Source: an uncultured Nitrospiraceae bacterium
GTDB lineage: Bacteria; Nitrospirota; Nitrospiria; Nitrospirales; Nitrospiraceae
Direction of reading: 5' to 3'
Length of the DNA: 64,000 nucleotides
Assembly: GCA_963846575.1 (NCBI GenBank)
Contig: CAWJWJ010000001.1
Location: 320,001-384,000, forward strand
This document shows, one piece after another, positions 1 through 9,928 of this stretch. The notes beneath the pieces are model-generated. The model ran no database searches, was not told where the DNA came from, and was given only the letters and a program-made list of their open reading frames with translations. A program made the translations under genes and the position numbers. Numbering within the stretch: the stretch's first letter is position 1; every line of letters begins with the position of its first letter.

Positions 1-671
1 GTGAAAGAACCTCGCATGTGGCCGAACAGCTCGCTCTCCAACAATTGTTCCGGTATGGCGGCGCAATTGACGGGAACGAAGGGCGCATCGCGCCGGTCGC
101 TGTTGTAGTGAATGGCCTTCGCGACCAGCTCCTTTCCCGTGCCGCTTTCGCCCGTGATCAAGACATTGGTGGGGCTGTCAGCTACGCGCCGGATCAGGTC
201 GAACACGGCCTGCATCGACTTACTTTTTCCGAGAATCTGATGGAAGCTGTATTCCTTGTGCACCTCTTTTCGAAGCCGGCTGACCTCCCGCCGGAGTCCG
301 GACTCACGGATGGCCCGCTCGACTACTCGAACCAGTTCCTCGGTCTTCACCGGCTTGGTGAGATAGTCGCTGGCGCCATACCGCATGGCCTCGACCGCCG
401 TTTCAACCGATCCAAAGGCGGTCATCAGGATGACCCCGACATCGGGATAGGCGCGTTTGACTTCGGATAGGAGCTCGGTCCCCAACATGCCCTTCATGCG
501 GAGGTCGGTCAACACCACCGCATAATCCCCTTCACCAAGCTGCGTGAGTGCATCCTCGCCGTTGCCGACACCGACGCAGTGATGTCCTCGACCGTGCAAC
601 ACGTCGCAGAGCAGGCTGCGCATGTCCGCGTCATCATCGACCACTAACACCGCGCCACTATTCTCGGTCAT
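1..671 (-). CDS. Sigma-54-dependent response regulator (NtrC/ZraR family), runs off the left edge
   Basis: Manual translation from ATG at 671: [47 protein letters not shown] (REC), then AAA+ Walker [16 protein letters not shown] and [22 protein letters not shown]. Missing from the ORF track because no stop lies in the window. Confidence 0.93.
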   Translation of the reverse strand, partial: MTENSGAVLVVDDDADMRSLLCDVLHGRGHHCVGVGNGEDALTQLGEGDYAVVLTDLRMKGMLGTELLSEVKRAYPDVGVILMTAFGSVETAVEAMRYGASDYLTKPVKTEELVRVVERAIRESGLRREVSRLRKEVHKEYSFHQILGKSKSMQAVFDLIRRVADSPTNVLITGESGTGKELVAKAIHYNSDRRDAPFVPVNCAAIPEQLLESELFGHMRGSF

Positions 672-1288
672 ACGATTTCCTTCACTGACGTCCTCATCGC
701 AACGATCCATGGGGCAGCTTGCGCGGACAGACTAATCACCTATTCAGGGGCGGTCAAGGGGCATCACGCCGCACCTGTTCACTCTCACTGTCGCTAAATG
801 CCCCAGCCGCCTCTTCGTGACCGATCCTTGAGAGCGCGAATTATCCGCCCGCTCCTCTCACATTAGCCCTGGCCTCACGGACTCGAATCGGCACTTCTCT
901 TGCGTCTTATCGGTCGCAATGGGAGCTGCTGCATGGACCGCGACCCCTTTAAACCGGAAACACCACCCTCTTCCAGCCAGGCCACCACGCTCCTGGCACA
1001 TTCTCCGGTTGTGCAAAGTCAGGGCCAGGGCCCGCCTCACGACCTGTGACAGCGACATCTTTCGCGCCCCGGCCGAAGGGTTGGCGCATATTCCCGGTGC
1101 GATGGCAGTCATCGGCATCCTGAGCGCCGGCCTTGGGTACTGGCGGTCCGGCCCGCCGGTCATACTTCACTAGAAGACCCCGTCGGCATCTTCTTCGGCT
1201 TACCCGGCCAACAGGCCTCGCGGATGAATCCGATCGAGTCCCTGCACTATGAGTAGGTTGTGTCACATTCGACGGAGGAGAAAGCGGA

Positions 1289-2218
1289 CTATTTTCCCGG
1301 CACCTGTTGTTCCGCATGGTAGGAGCTTCGAACCAGCGGGCCCGATTCGACGTGGCGGAATCCCAGGGCCCGGCCTTCCGTTTTCAAGGCGGCAAATTCA
1401 TCAGGGTGATAGAAACGCGCCACGGACAGGTGCTCTTTCGTCGGCTGCAGATATTGGCCCATGGTCATGATGTCGCAGTCGACCGACCGCAGGTCGCGCA
1501 TGACCTCGCGAGCCTCGTCCGTTGTCTCGCCCATGCCGAGGATCAAGCCCGACTTGGTCGTCATGCCCATGTGTTTGGCGCGGCCGAGCAATTCGACCGA
1601 GCGCTGATATTTTCCCTGCGGCCTGATTGAGGGAAAGAGCCGCCTCACCGTTTCGATATTGTGATTCAGAATGTCGGGCCGTTCGGCTGCCACCAGAGCC
1701 AACGCCTCCTCGTTTCCCTCGAAGTCGGGAATCAACACCTCAATCGTGCAGCTGGGAATGAGCCGCCGGATATGGCGAATCGTGTCGGCAAACACCGAGG
1801 CGCCTCCATCATCCAGTTCGTCCCGGTTGACCGATGTAATGACCGCATGTCTGAGACTGAGCGCCTGGATGGCTTCCGCGACACGCAGGGGCTCCCCGCG
1901 ATCCACTTCATGCGGGCGGCCGGTGGCGACGGAACAATAGTGGCATCGCCGCGTGCAAATATCGCCGAGAATCAGAAAGGTGGCAGTGCGCGCATTCCAA
2001 CATTCCCACACATTCGGACAACGGGCTTCCTCGCAGATCGTGTGCAGATTGAGCCGATCCATGGTGTTCCGGATATCCTGATAGTCCGGACCGGTCTGAA
2101 GACGAACCTTGAACCAGGGCGGCAGGCGGCGGGGCGGCTGTTCCGGCAGGGAGTGACCGTCGGACAGTCCCGGCTCCTCGCCTGCTTTTCGCAGCCCTGC
2201 TATTGGAATAAACGTCAC
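1289..2218 (-). CDS. lipA: Lipoyl synthase (radical SAM)
   Basis: CEEARCPNVWEC auxiliary cluster motif, CTRRCHYC radical-SAM motif, C-terminal VRSSYHA. Confidence 0.97.
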   Translation of the reverse strand: MTFIPIAGLRKAGEEPGLSDGHSLPEQPPRRLPPWFKVRLQTGPDYQDIRNTMDRLNLHTICEEARCPNVWECWNARTATFLILGDICTRRCHYCSVATGRPHEVDRGEPLRVAEAIQALSLRHAVITSVNRDELDDGGASVFADTIRHIRRLIPSCTIEVLIPDFEGNEEALALVAAERPDILNHNIETVRRLFPSIRPQGKYQRSVELLGRAKHMGMTTKSGLILGMGETTDEAREVMRDLRSVDCDIMTMGQYLQPTKEHLSVARFYHPDEFAALKTEGRALGFRHVESGPLVRSSYHAEQQVPGK

Positions 2219-2465
2219 GAATTCACCGGGGGAGCCACGAGTTCCTGAGGAGTCGGCACAGCCTGCCTTATCGTGGCGGCGGACGCTGAGTTGGCCTTAT
2301 TAATCGGACGAGGCGTGACGCAGCCGGCCAAGGCCCTCGCAATTTCCTCGTCGGGCTCGGCAAGGACCGCGATCATGGTTCCCGACTGCATGGTTTCTCC
2401 ATTCGGCACGAGCTTCTTGTAGAGGGTGCCGGGGCAACGGCCTCGAGGTCCATGACGGCTTTGCC
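2215..2465 (-). pseudogene. pdhC: Remnant of dihydrolipoamide acyltransferase (PDH E2): lipoyl-domain fragment joined to a C-terminal tail
   Basis: Reads KAVMDLEAVA, then a frameshift near 2431-2434, then GTLYKKLVPNGETMQSGTMIAVLAEPDEEI, matching the lipoyl-domain pattern DKAxMxxEAxxxGxLxKILVxxGETV. Its stop overlaps the lipA start (GTGA). Confidence 0.72.
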
Positions 2466-2855
2466 GGCTCCCGCTGCGCGTCATTATGCATGGGCGCGAC
2501 GAGACTACTCAACCCTGATGTTCACGGGCCGGCATCAGGCAGGCCCTTTGCCCCTGCTCTCGATCCGCTCTGTTCAACACGCGACGAATGCGGACGGAGC
2601 TCACGGAGAGGTGCGCAGGCGGATCAAACCAGGCGGGATGACGGTCGAGGAATCTTCCTCGAGATGGATTGCCCGGAGCGTGAGCGCGCGAACCGGGCCA
2701 CGATGCCGGGCGTGGCCATGGTCCATAACCAGGGCATGGAACCATTCCAGGGGTCTCAATGGAAGGAGTCACTCACCAGGGTCGACCGTGCCCGCATTCT
2801 CCCGGCAGCCTCGACATCGTTGAAACCGACGGAGCTCAAGCGGCGACGTACATCG

Positions 2856-3185
2856 TTATTTTGCCACGAAGTGTTCGCGACGGCTTACCGCCACGTCACT
2901 GACGAACAGGGTCCCGGAATGTTTGGTAAATATGGGGCTGAGTCCGGCCAGGATCGGCTCAATCCGCTCCTCCGGCACGACCGTAAATACGATGACCTGG
3001 CTGCTGGTATCATTGAACAACAGGTGCCCCTCATGGAATCCATGATGCCCTTTTCCCGACACGCTGTTGATGATGGTATACCCGGTCGCGCCGACGCGAT
3101 CGAGCAGGTCCGTCACGAACTTCAGGTGCTCGCCTTGCATCACGATCTTAATTTCTTTCATGGGATGTAGCGTGAGTCCGCCCAT
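2856..3185 (-). CDS. PII-superfamily regulator (SbtB-like) associated with the DAB pump
   Basis: MKEIKIV..LLDRVGATGYTII..SGKGHHG PII-like signature, about 109 aa, directly downstream of and overlapping dabA. Confidence 0.85.
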   Translation of the reverse strand: MGGLTLHPMKEIKIVMQGEHLKFVTDLLDRVGATGYTIINSVSGKGHHGFHEGHLLFNDTSSQVIVFTVVPEERIEPILAGLSPIFTKHSGTLFVSDVAVSRREHFVAK

Positions 3186-6100
3186 CAGCTGCTCCTCCTT
3201 CTCCATGTAATGCCGTCCATCCGGTCAAGACTTCATACTGATACATCTTCGCATCATCGGGATCCAGCGCCACCAGCGATACCCACTCCAAGTCGAACAG
3301 TCGTTCGAGCAGGGGATGTTTCAGAATGATGGCTCGAATGCGCTCTCTCGGCGCCTCGATCACGGTGAGTAATCGCATCGGTTCGTGATAGGGCTCCGCG
3401 CCATTGAACACGGTTTGAGCCGGCAAGCCGATCCGGAGATCGCTGCTCACTCCGCTCATCACGCCCACTCGGGAGACCACATTATGGTAGACCTTGCTGC
3501 CACTCCCATACACTTCGTTATCGACCGTGGAAAAATAATGTTCCATGTTGATCCATTGGGCGACGACGAGGGGAGCGGTCATGATGGCTTCCAACAGTTT
3601 TCCTGAATCATCCTGCCGATGGTCGTAAGAATGAAGAAAAGCCCGTCCCTCTAAGTCGAGCGTTCGGGTGACGTCCCGTCGCCCGACGATGAGCAGGCTG
3701 TTCTTCGACAGGCCCCACTCGGGACGGACCTGCGCCCAATCCGTGCTCCTCCGCTGTGCGCGCATTTGCGCCACGCCCGCCTGCTGGGCGGCCGACAGGC
3801 CATCCAGCGCGATACCATGTTCGAGCGCGGCTTGCGCACCCGCCTCCTTGAGGTCCGCCAGCAGGCGGGACAGGTCTTTGCGATGGGTCGCCGGCACGTC
3901 TTCCATGTCCACGATCCGCACCTCATTACAGGTCGTGTCGTGCTCCGCGGCGAGAAAATGAGTATCGCTGGGAATCTTGATGCCCCGCGCCTTCAGCAAG
4001 TCACGGACGGAGGGACGGTTCGCCATCGACGCGAAGGCTCGTGCGTTCGGCAACCCGTTATTGCCGCCGCAGGCTCCGCAATCCAAAGCCGACTCATAGG
4101 GATTGTTGTCTGACGTACTGCCATGTGCGCAGAACACGATCAGCCTAGCGAAGTTGGAGGTGAATCCCATCAGCCGGAGCCCGGCTTCGACCCCGTAGGC
4201 CTGCTCCGCCACAGAAAACCCGTTCTGCGTGATACGAGCCAACCGGCTGGAGATGCCGCGGGGTGTGATATTCAACTGCTGCCGCAACCGCTCATACAGC
4301 GCGTCTTCGTCGGCGGGTGAAATCCCCAAGGTTTCGGCGACGTTTCCGTTCTTATGATCTTCGAGTCCCTCCAGCACCCGGATGCGGATCGTTTCGATCA
4401 ATGCTGGCGTGACGGATGACCCCCGCAAGTGGAACTCGTCGAGCAGGATCTGCCGGATATGCGCGCGCTGTTCCGCCGCGACGATCTCCACGGCCTCTTC
4501 TCTCGTCAGCTTATCAATCGTCATGGTCGTAGCCAAGGGCGGCAGAAAAATCTCTGTCAGCCATTGCTTGACCCGGTGGTACCAGAGCGGACAGAGCGTT
4601 TTCCCGAACAGCGGAAGACTGAAGAACCAACCCAACGCTTCCACCATGACGTAGGGAGTGATCACGTTTTCCTTGAGATCGTGCAGGAGCGCATGACCCG
4701 CCTTGGTGAGTTGCGCCGCAAAACGATGCCGCTCCGCCGTTTCGCCATGATAGCTGCGGGGGATCTCTCTGATCTGATTCTTGGGTTTCAGCAGCACCGG
4801 ACAATGCGTCACACTGTGCTCGGCGCCAAAAGACTGGTACTCCAGCGGAATACCGAAGAAGCCTGCCAGGCCGAAGGTTTCATAACCGCCGCGATTCTCA
4901 AGATGCCGCCGGAATACTTCTGAGCGCACGTCGATACAATGCACCATCTGCGCCAGGGGTCGCGACCGTTGAGTCACGCCGGGATGGTGACCCGTGGCCC
5001 GCAGCTGTTCCAGCGCGCCTTCCAGCTTGGCCACCACGTGATGGCGATGACGGGCTTCCATCGCCTGCAGCCATCGCCGGCCCTGCTGAGCAGGAGGAAA
5101 TCCTTCCAGCCAGTTGAGTAAGGTCGTCACATCGGAAGGCGTCGTTTCGAGGATGGCTTCCGCTGTGACAGACGTCGCGCGCGCGAGCGCCAACAGTTGC
5201 CGTGCCAAGGTCCGGGCCGTTTCTTGTGCACGCGCCTTGGCGGTCTCCTCGTAGATCTCCTTCCCCACCGCCTCCCACTCTTGCGGCGGCCTGGTGCGAG
5301 CCCTGACCAGTGCTTGAGCCTGCGCGGCGGCCGCTCGTGAAAGTTTCCCGCTGACGAGCTCGCGCCGCAGCCAGTACCCATAGGGAACGCTATGCATATA
5401 ATTGCGGATCGCATCGAAGCACCCGGCGATCCCGAGCTTTTCTTCGCAGTGCAGCGACACCAACTCGCGTTCATAAAACAATCGCACCGCCAGGTATTTG
5501 ACCAGGTCGATGGGATAGGTGGCCTGCCATGGATAATACTGCTCATCCGATCGCCACTTGATGAAGCCGGTCCAGCCCGGCAGTGCCGACAAGTGCCACG
5601 AGAGATAGGATTCCCAATTCAATTTGGGAATGCCCATGATGGCGAGGCTCTGAAGCAGTGCATCGTCCGACCGGTCTTCCAGGGCGGCAATCTTGTTCGG
5701 CCCGTTCTTCACCCCCAGCAATCCTAGACTGCTATCGTATTGCGCCAGCGCCTTCCAGGCCCGATAGAATTTCTCCTCGCGCCGCGGCATGGTCCACGAC
5801 GCCTCGCCTTCATCGAGGAACGCGCTGCACCACTTGATCATCTGCTCATTGATGGTCGAGACAATCTCCGTCCCGAGCGTCCGGTCGCACCAGACCGACA
5901 AGGGTTCTCTCGTGGGGAGTTCCACCGGTTCCCATGGAGTCAGTGGCACAAGAAATCGGTCTACCGTCTCGTTTAATGCCGTGGTGAGCCATGCGGTCAA
6001 TCGAGCGACCGGGTCATCCTCCCGAACGGAGGGTTCGGAAGGCTCCGGCGGGAGTTCGCCCAGTCCATGGATCATGGACAACCGAAGCACCTCCAGGTGC

Positions 6101-6420
6101 GAGAGCTCACGTCCGCCGAACAGGACGCGCTTCTCCACCGTGATGGAGGCGAGGACATCCGTGAGATCCTCGGCGCGAATGCGGCCCTGCTCAAAATACC
6201 GCCGGTACGTGGCAGTGGGGAGATAGCCCTGGCCCCCCAGCAGTTGCTCACCCCGCTTCACGGCTCGATCGAAGGGCAGTTCTTCCAGGCCATGAAGAGG
6301 ATTGTGGTGAATGAACGTCCGCATGGGCCAATAATGCGCGATCGCCTCACCGGCCAACTGCACATAAGAGCGCAGTTCCATCCGCTCTGTGTCTGAAGTT
6401 CTGACCTGTGCAGTACTCAT
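3148..6420 (-). CDS. dabA: DabA / DUF2309 beta-carbonic-anhydrase-like subunit of the inorganic carbon pump
   Basis: WPMRTFIHHNPLHGLE N-terminus; Zn ligands in CIDVRSE, CAHGS and LDCGACGG; DWAQVRPEWGL; HEPMRL. Start placed at 6420 behind an AGGAG RBS. Confidence 0.95.
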   Translation of the reverse strand: MSTAQVRTSDTERMELRSYVQLAGEAIAHYWPMRTFIHHNPLHGLEELPFDRAVKRGEQLLGGQGYLPTATYRRYFEQGRIRAEDLTDVLASITVEKRVLFGGRELSHLEVLRLSMIHGLGELPPEPSEPSVREDDPVARLTAWLTTALNETVDRFLVPLTPWEPVELPTREPLSVWCDRTLGTEIVSTINEQMIKWCSAFLDEGEASWTMPRREEKFYRAWKALAQYDSSLGLLGVKNGPNKIAALEDRSDDALLQSLAIMGIPKLNWESYLSWHLSALPGWTGFIKWRSDEQYYPWQATYPIDLVKYLAVRLFYERELVSLHCEEKLGIAGCFDAIRNYMHSVPYGYWLRRELVSGKLSRAAAAQAQALVRARTRPPQEWEAVGKEIYEETAKARAQETARTLARQLLALARATSVTAEAILETTPSDVTTLLNWLEGFPPAQQGRRWLQAMEARHRHHVVAKLEGALEQLRATGHHPGVTQRSRPLAQMVHCIDVRSEVFRRHLENRGGYETFGLAGFFGIPLEYQSFGAEHSVTHCPVLLKPKNQIREIPRSYHGETAERHRFAAQLTKAGHALLHDLKENVITPYVMVEALGWFFSLPLFGKTLCPLWYHRVKQWLTEIFLPPLATTMTIDKLTREEAVEIVAAEQRAHIRQILLDEFHLRGSSVTPALIETIRIRVLEGLEDHKNGNVAETLGISPADEDALYERLRQQLNITPRGISSRLARITQNGFSVAEQAYGVEAGLRLMGFTSNFARLIVFCAHGSTSDNNPYESALDCGACGGNNGLPNARAFASMANRPSVRDLLKARGIKIPSDTHFLAAEHDTTCNEVRIVDMEDVPATHRKDLSRLLADLKEAGAQAALEHGIALDGLSAAQQAGVAQMRAQRRSTDWAQVRPEWGLSKNSLLIVGRRDVTRTLDLEGRAFLHSYDHRQDDSGKLLEAIMTAPLVVAQWINMEHYFSTVDNEVYGSGSKVYHNVVSRVGVMSGVSSDLRIGLPAQTVFNGAEPYHEPMRLLTVIEAPRERIRAIILKHPLLERLFDLEWVSLVALDPDDAKMYQYEVLTGWTALHGEGGAADGRTHATSHERN

Positions 6421-6458
6421 TCCGCTCCTGTCTGTTTCCGGTCCGTCTCGCCGTGCGG

Positions 6459-8123
6459 TTAGGTCCGTCGGCACTGTCTTCCTACGGCACGAACGAGATC
6501 CTCAACGTAGAGGCCGTTGAGAAAGGCCACGTACGCCCTCACGCGAACACGCTCTACCCATGACGGCATCAAGAGTCTGATTCCATGTGCCCTGCCGTAA
6601 ATGAAGATCCATGCCGCGACGATCAGCAAGGCAGACACGATGACGAATACGTCGAACAGGCTTTGATTCCACCCGGCGGCTTGGAAGTAGCCGGCGGCCG
6701 TTCCCGGCACCGGATATAAGAAATGTGTGAAGGCGTTCCCTGCCCAGAGATACGTAACTCCGATCAGCGACAACGACCCGAGCATGGTCAGGGACACCTT
6801 CCAGGAGGCCACGCCTTGTAGACGATACAAACTGAACACCGCCTGTGACGACGTCACCCAGCCGAAAAAGAGGAAGATCACCGATCCCTGCTCCTCGAGC
6901 AAGGGAATCTGCACGAGACCATGCGCGGCAAGCAGAATAATCAGCGGCAAAATAAGCGTGACTGCAAAACCCGTTGCCCAGGTGACCGGCGAAAAAGACT
7001 TGGCCTCCTCCACCTCCGAGACCGGCGGCAGTTTGAACTCCTCTCTCGCCTTGTGGATATTCGCTCCGGAGTTTAAGAACAGGGTGGCCTTAAACAGGCC
7101 GTGCGCGCAAAGATGGAAGACCGCGAGCGCGAAAGCGCCTAACCCGCACTCCATCACCATGTACCCCATCTGTCCCATCGTGGAATAGACGAGGGTCCGT
7201 TTGATGCTGGCCTGCGTCAACATCGTCGTAGCGCCGATCAAGGCCGTGAGCCCCCCGATCAGAAACATCAGATGCAGCGTCGTCGGCGCGAGCCCGTAGA
7301 GGGGCGCCATCCGGTTCACCAGAAACCCTCCGGCATTCACAATTCCGGCGTGCAGGAGGGCGGAGACGGGCGTCGGTGCCTCGATCGTCCCCGGCAACCA
7401 GATGTGAAAGGGAAACTGCGCCGACTTGGTCATCACCGAGAGTAGCAGGAGCAGGGTCGTGAGCGAGGACACATAGACCTCCGCCCCCACCAGAGGAATG
7501 GACAAGAGCGCCGGCGCCGCCTGGAGTCGACTGAACAGCTCGCTCAGCTCGAACGTGCCGTAGGCCTGATGCAGCACGACCAGCGCGCAGAGAAATGCCG
7601 CGTCGCCGATCCCTTGTATCCATAACGTTCTCCGGGCGGCTTTTCCCGCGGCCGGACTCGAAGAATTAAAGGCCAGCAGCGCGGCGAGCAGCCAGGTGAT
7701 CAAATGCCACCAGACAAACAACCAGAGCAGATTCCCGCTAGTCACAAGACTCAATAAGACGAACGTCAGGATTCCCAGGAGGGCAAAAAATCGAACATAG
7801 CCTCGATCACCCACCATGTACCGTGCGGAATACACATGGATGAGCAGGCTCACCAGACTGATCAGAACCAGCATGACGGCGGCCAGCCGGTCAACGACCA
7901 GCGTGTAGTCGAGTGCCCCGGACGGTAGGCCCCAGAGAACGAGGCGAATAGTCGCCCCTTGAACCACCAGCACCAGGGTCGAGAGGGAGGCCAGCGCAGC
8001 TATCCAGAGCGATACGATTCCGATCCGGGCCGTACGCTCGCCGAGATCCAGTCCGAAGGCCTTGATCAAAAGGGCACTGACCAACGGCGCAAAGATGGCG
8101 ACAAGGGGGATTATCGATTCCAT
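6459..8123 (-). CDS. dabB: DabB / NuoL-like proton-translocating membrane subunit
   Basis: Multi-TM protein with KSAQFPFHIWLP..EAPTPVSALLHAGIVNAGG, YSTMGQMG and HLCAHGLFKATLFL; adjacent to dabA. Start placed at MESIIP (8123) behind GGAG. Confidence 0.93.
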   Translation of the reverse strand: MESIIPLVAIFAPLVSALLIKAFGLDLGERTARIGIVSLWIAALASLSTLVLVVQGATIRLVLWGLPSGALDYTLVVDRLAAVMLVLISLVSLLIHVYSARYMVGDRGYVRFFALLGILTFVLLSLVTSGNLLWLFVWWHLITWLLAALLAFNSSSPAAGKAARRTLWIQGIGDAAFLCALVVLHQAYGTFELSELFSRLQAAPALLSIPLVGAEVYVSSLTTLLLLLSVMTKSAQFPFHIWLPGTIEAPTPVSALLHAGIVNAGGFLVNRMAPLYGLAPTTLHLMFLIGGLTALIGATTMLTQASIKRTLVYSTMGQMGYMVMECGLGAFALAVFHLCAHGLFKATLFLNSGANIHKAREEFKLPPVSEVEEAKSFSPVTWATGFAVTLILPLIILLAAHGLVQIPLLEEQGSVIFLFFGWVTSSQAVFSLYRLQGVASWKVSLTMLGSLSLIGVTYLWAGNAFTHFLYPVPGTAAGYFQAAGWNQSLFDVFVIVSALLIVAAWIFIYGRAHGIRLLMPSWVERVRVRAYVAFLNGLYVEDLVRAVGRQCRRT

Positions 8124-8531
8124 GTATAGTGGCTCCGTATAAAAAACACGGGATGTACGCAGGCAGATCAGCAAAAACAGGACATGACGATCCTCTTTGG
8201 TACGACCCGAGGCCAGTCCAGTGACGGGTGAATCGATCGCCGGTCAAAACGGGCAATCGTCCGGGAGACTTGAGTGGGCCTCCCGGGCCTCAGCGCACGT
8301 ACGTCAAGCGGTGCAGACCTCCTGGTGAACGGGCCAGAATGGATTCCTGAGAAGCCGATCGGACAGTCGCCGTGCGTTAGCAGTGATCCACAACTCCCGG
8401 CGTGCCCCCGACGCAGCATCGAACGAAGGGAGAGAGGATCCCTCTGATTCAGAACATTCCACATCACAACACGACGTCTTTCTCAGGGCAGGTTCTGCCC
8501 GCAACCTCACATCCGTCTCTGTGCGAACGTG

Positions 8532-9206
8532 TTACTTCACCTTGGCGAAATCGGCGTCGAACTGCAACAGCTGTCCGTCCTGCAACGTCACAATCACGGT
8601 TGTCTTCGCATTGGGATCAAACGTATCGTAGGCAAAGCGGGCAGTAAATCGCGACCGATAGGGAGGACCCTCGCCGTCATTCTTTCTGCCCCGATCGGCA
8701 GGGCTCACGTCCACCGGCCGGATGGTTTTTCCCTTCTGCTGAAAGACCACGTCGGCCTTCTCCGCAAAGTATTCATCATCCCCGCAGATCTGCACCTCGA
8801 CTTCCATGTTCGGCATGTCCACGACCTTCTGGATAAACTCGTCGGGCATGCGCACTTCTTTTTTCTGTTTTTTTGATTCCGCGGCTTCCTGTCTCCCAAA
8901 CGCTTCGAGCCGATATCGTTTGGTGCGCAATATGGCGCTTGCGCCGCAGGGATCCTTTTCAGGGTCCGCGCCCACTCTCGTGACCAGGGAAGCCTGCTGC
9001 AACACCTTCTTGACGTCTTCCGGCGAATTGGCCTTTTCCATCGGCGTCCGTCCGGCCTCCAGGGTTTTTTTCGCGTCCTCGGGTGACAATTTAATGTCAA
9101 TGGCCCAGACCATCCCGCTGACTCCCCAGATGATCGACCCGACCACGACACCGGCCAGACCAAGGACTTCCCGCCGCCGAGCTGCCATTCCACGATGAGT
9201 GCGCAT
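8532..9206 (-). CDS. Exported hypothetical protein
   Basis: Basic/hydrophobic signal peptide ending VWA-ID, GGAGG RBS, natural-looking composition. Confidence 0.8.
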   Translation of the reverse strand: MRTHRGMAARRREVLGLAGVVVGSIIWGVSGMVWAIDIKLSPEDAKKTLEAGRTPMEKANSPEDVKKVLQQASLVTRVGADPEKDPCGASAILRTKRYRLEAFGRQEAAESKKQKKEVRMPDEFIQKVVDMPNMEVEVQICGDDEYFAEKADVVFQQKGKTIRPVDVSPADRGRKNDGEGPPYRSRFTARFAYDTFDPNAKTTVIVTLQDGQLLQFDADFAKVK

Positions 9207-9291
9207 GAGTACCTCCCTGACGCATCACTGAATAATGAGGCGCATTGTAATGGGTCAGAGAAGAGCTTTTCAATCTCACAGCGCACATCAA

Positions 9292-9924
9292 TCAAGGTGC
9301 GAATCGAGCCCAATTCGGATAGGGTTTCACCGCGTACAATCGATCCACATCCGCCTGACAGGGCATTCCGCAGCGGCGCAACATGTCTGCCACCAGACGA
9401 AGCGGGAGGCCGACGGCGGCCGTGTAATCGCCGTCGATGTGATCGATCAACTCCCCGCCGGCGCCTTGAATGGAATAGGCACCGGCTTTGCCGAGACTCT
9501 CGCCGGTCCCCAGGTACGCCTTCAGGATGGCCTCGTCGAAGGGCTTCATCGTGACCCGCACGGTCGCAACCTCGACGTTGCAGCTCCCCTGACCGGCACG
9601 GACGAGGGCGACGGCGGTCACAATGTTGTGGGGTTTCCCTGCCATGCGCCGGAGCATGGCTTCGGCTTCGGCCAGGTCCCGCGGCTTCCCTAACACCTCC
9701 GAGCCCAGACTGATCAAGGTGTCGCTCCCGAGGATGAGCCCATCGAGAGGTGCGGCAAGGCAGGAGCGGGCCTTGCCCTCGGCAAATTCGGCTGCCTGCC
9801 GGTCGGCGGACAGCGCTGGCCTCACCTGCTCAACATATGGCGGACTCATCACGGCAAAGGGCACGCCGAGAAGTCTCAACAATTCATGACGTCTCGGCGA
9901 GGTGGAAGCCAGAATCAGCGGCAT
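9292..9924 (-). CDS. maf: Maf-family nucleoside triphosphate pyrophosphatase
   Basis: LILASTSPRRHELL, GSDT, LGKP, GKAGAYSIQG, VGLP. True start at MPLILAS (9924). Confidence 0.93.
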   Translation of the reverse strand: MPLILASTSPRRHELLRLLGVPFAVMSPPYVEQVRPALSADRQAAEFAEGKARSCLAAPLDGLILGSDTLISLGSEVLGKPRDLAEAEAMLRRMAGKPHNIVTAVALVRAGQGSCNVEVATVRVTMKPFDEAILKAYLGTGESLGKAGAYSIQGAGGELIDHIDGDYTAAVGLPLRLVADMLRRCGMPCQADVDRLYAVKPYPNWARFAP

Positions 9925-9928
9925 GGGC

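Noticed and set aside
18..470. Plus-strand 150-aa ORF and its look-alike at 47810-48439 (minus)
   Set aside because: Antisense shadows of the NtrC gene and of its duplicated fragment.
990..1100. TGGCAC/TGGCGC as sigma-54 promoters
   Set aside because: No GC at the required -12 spacing.
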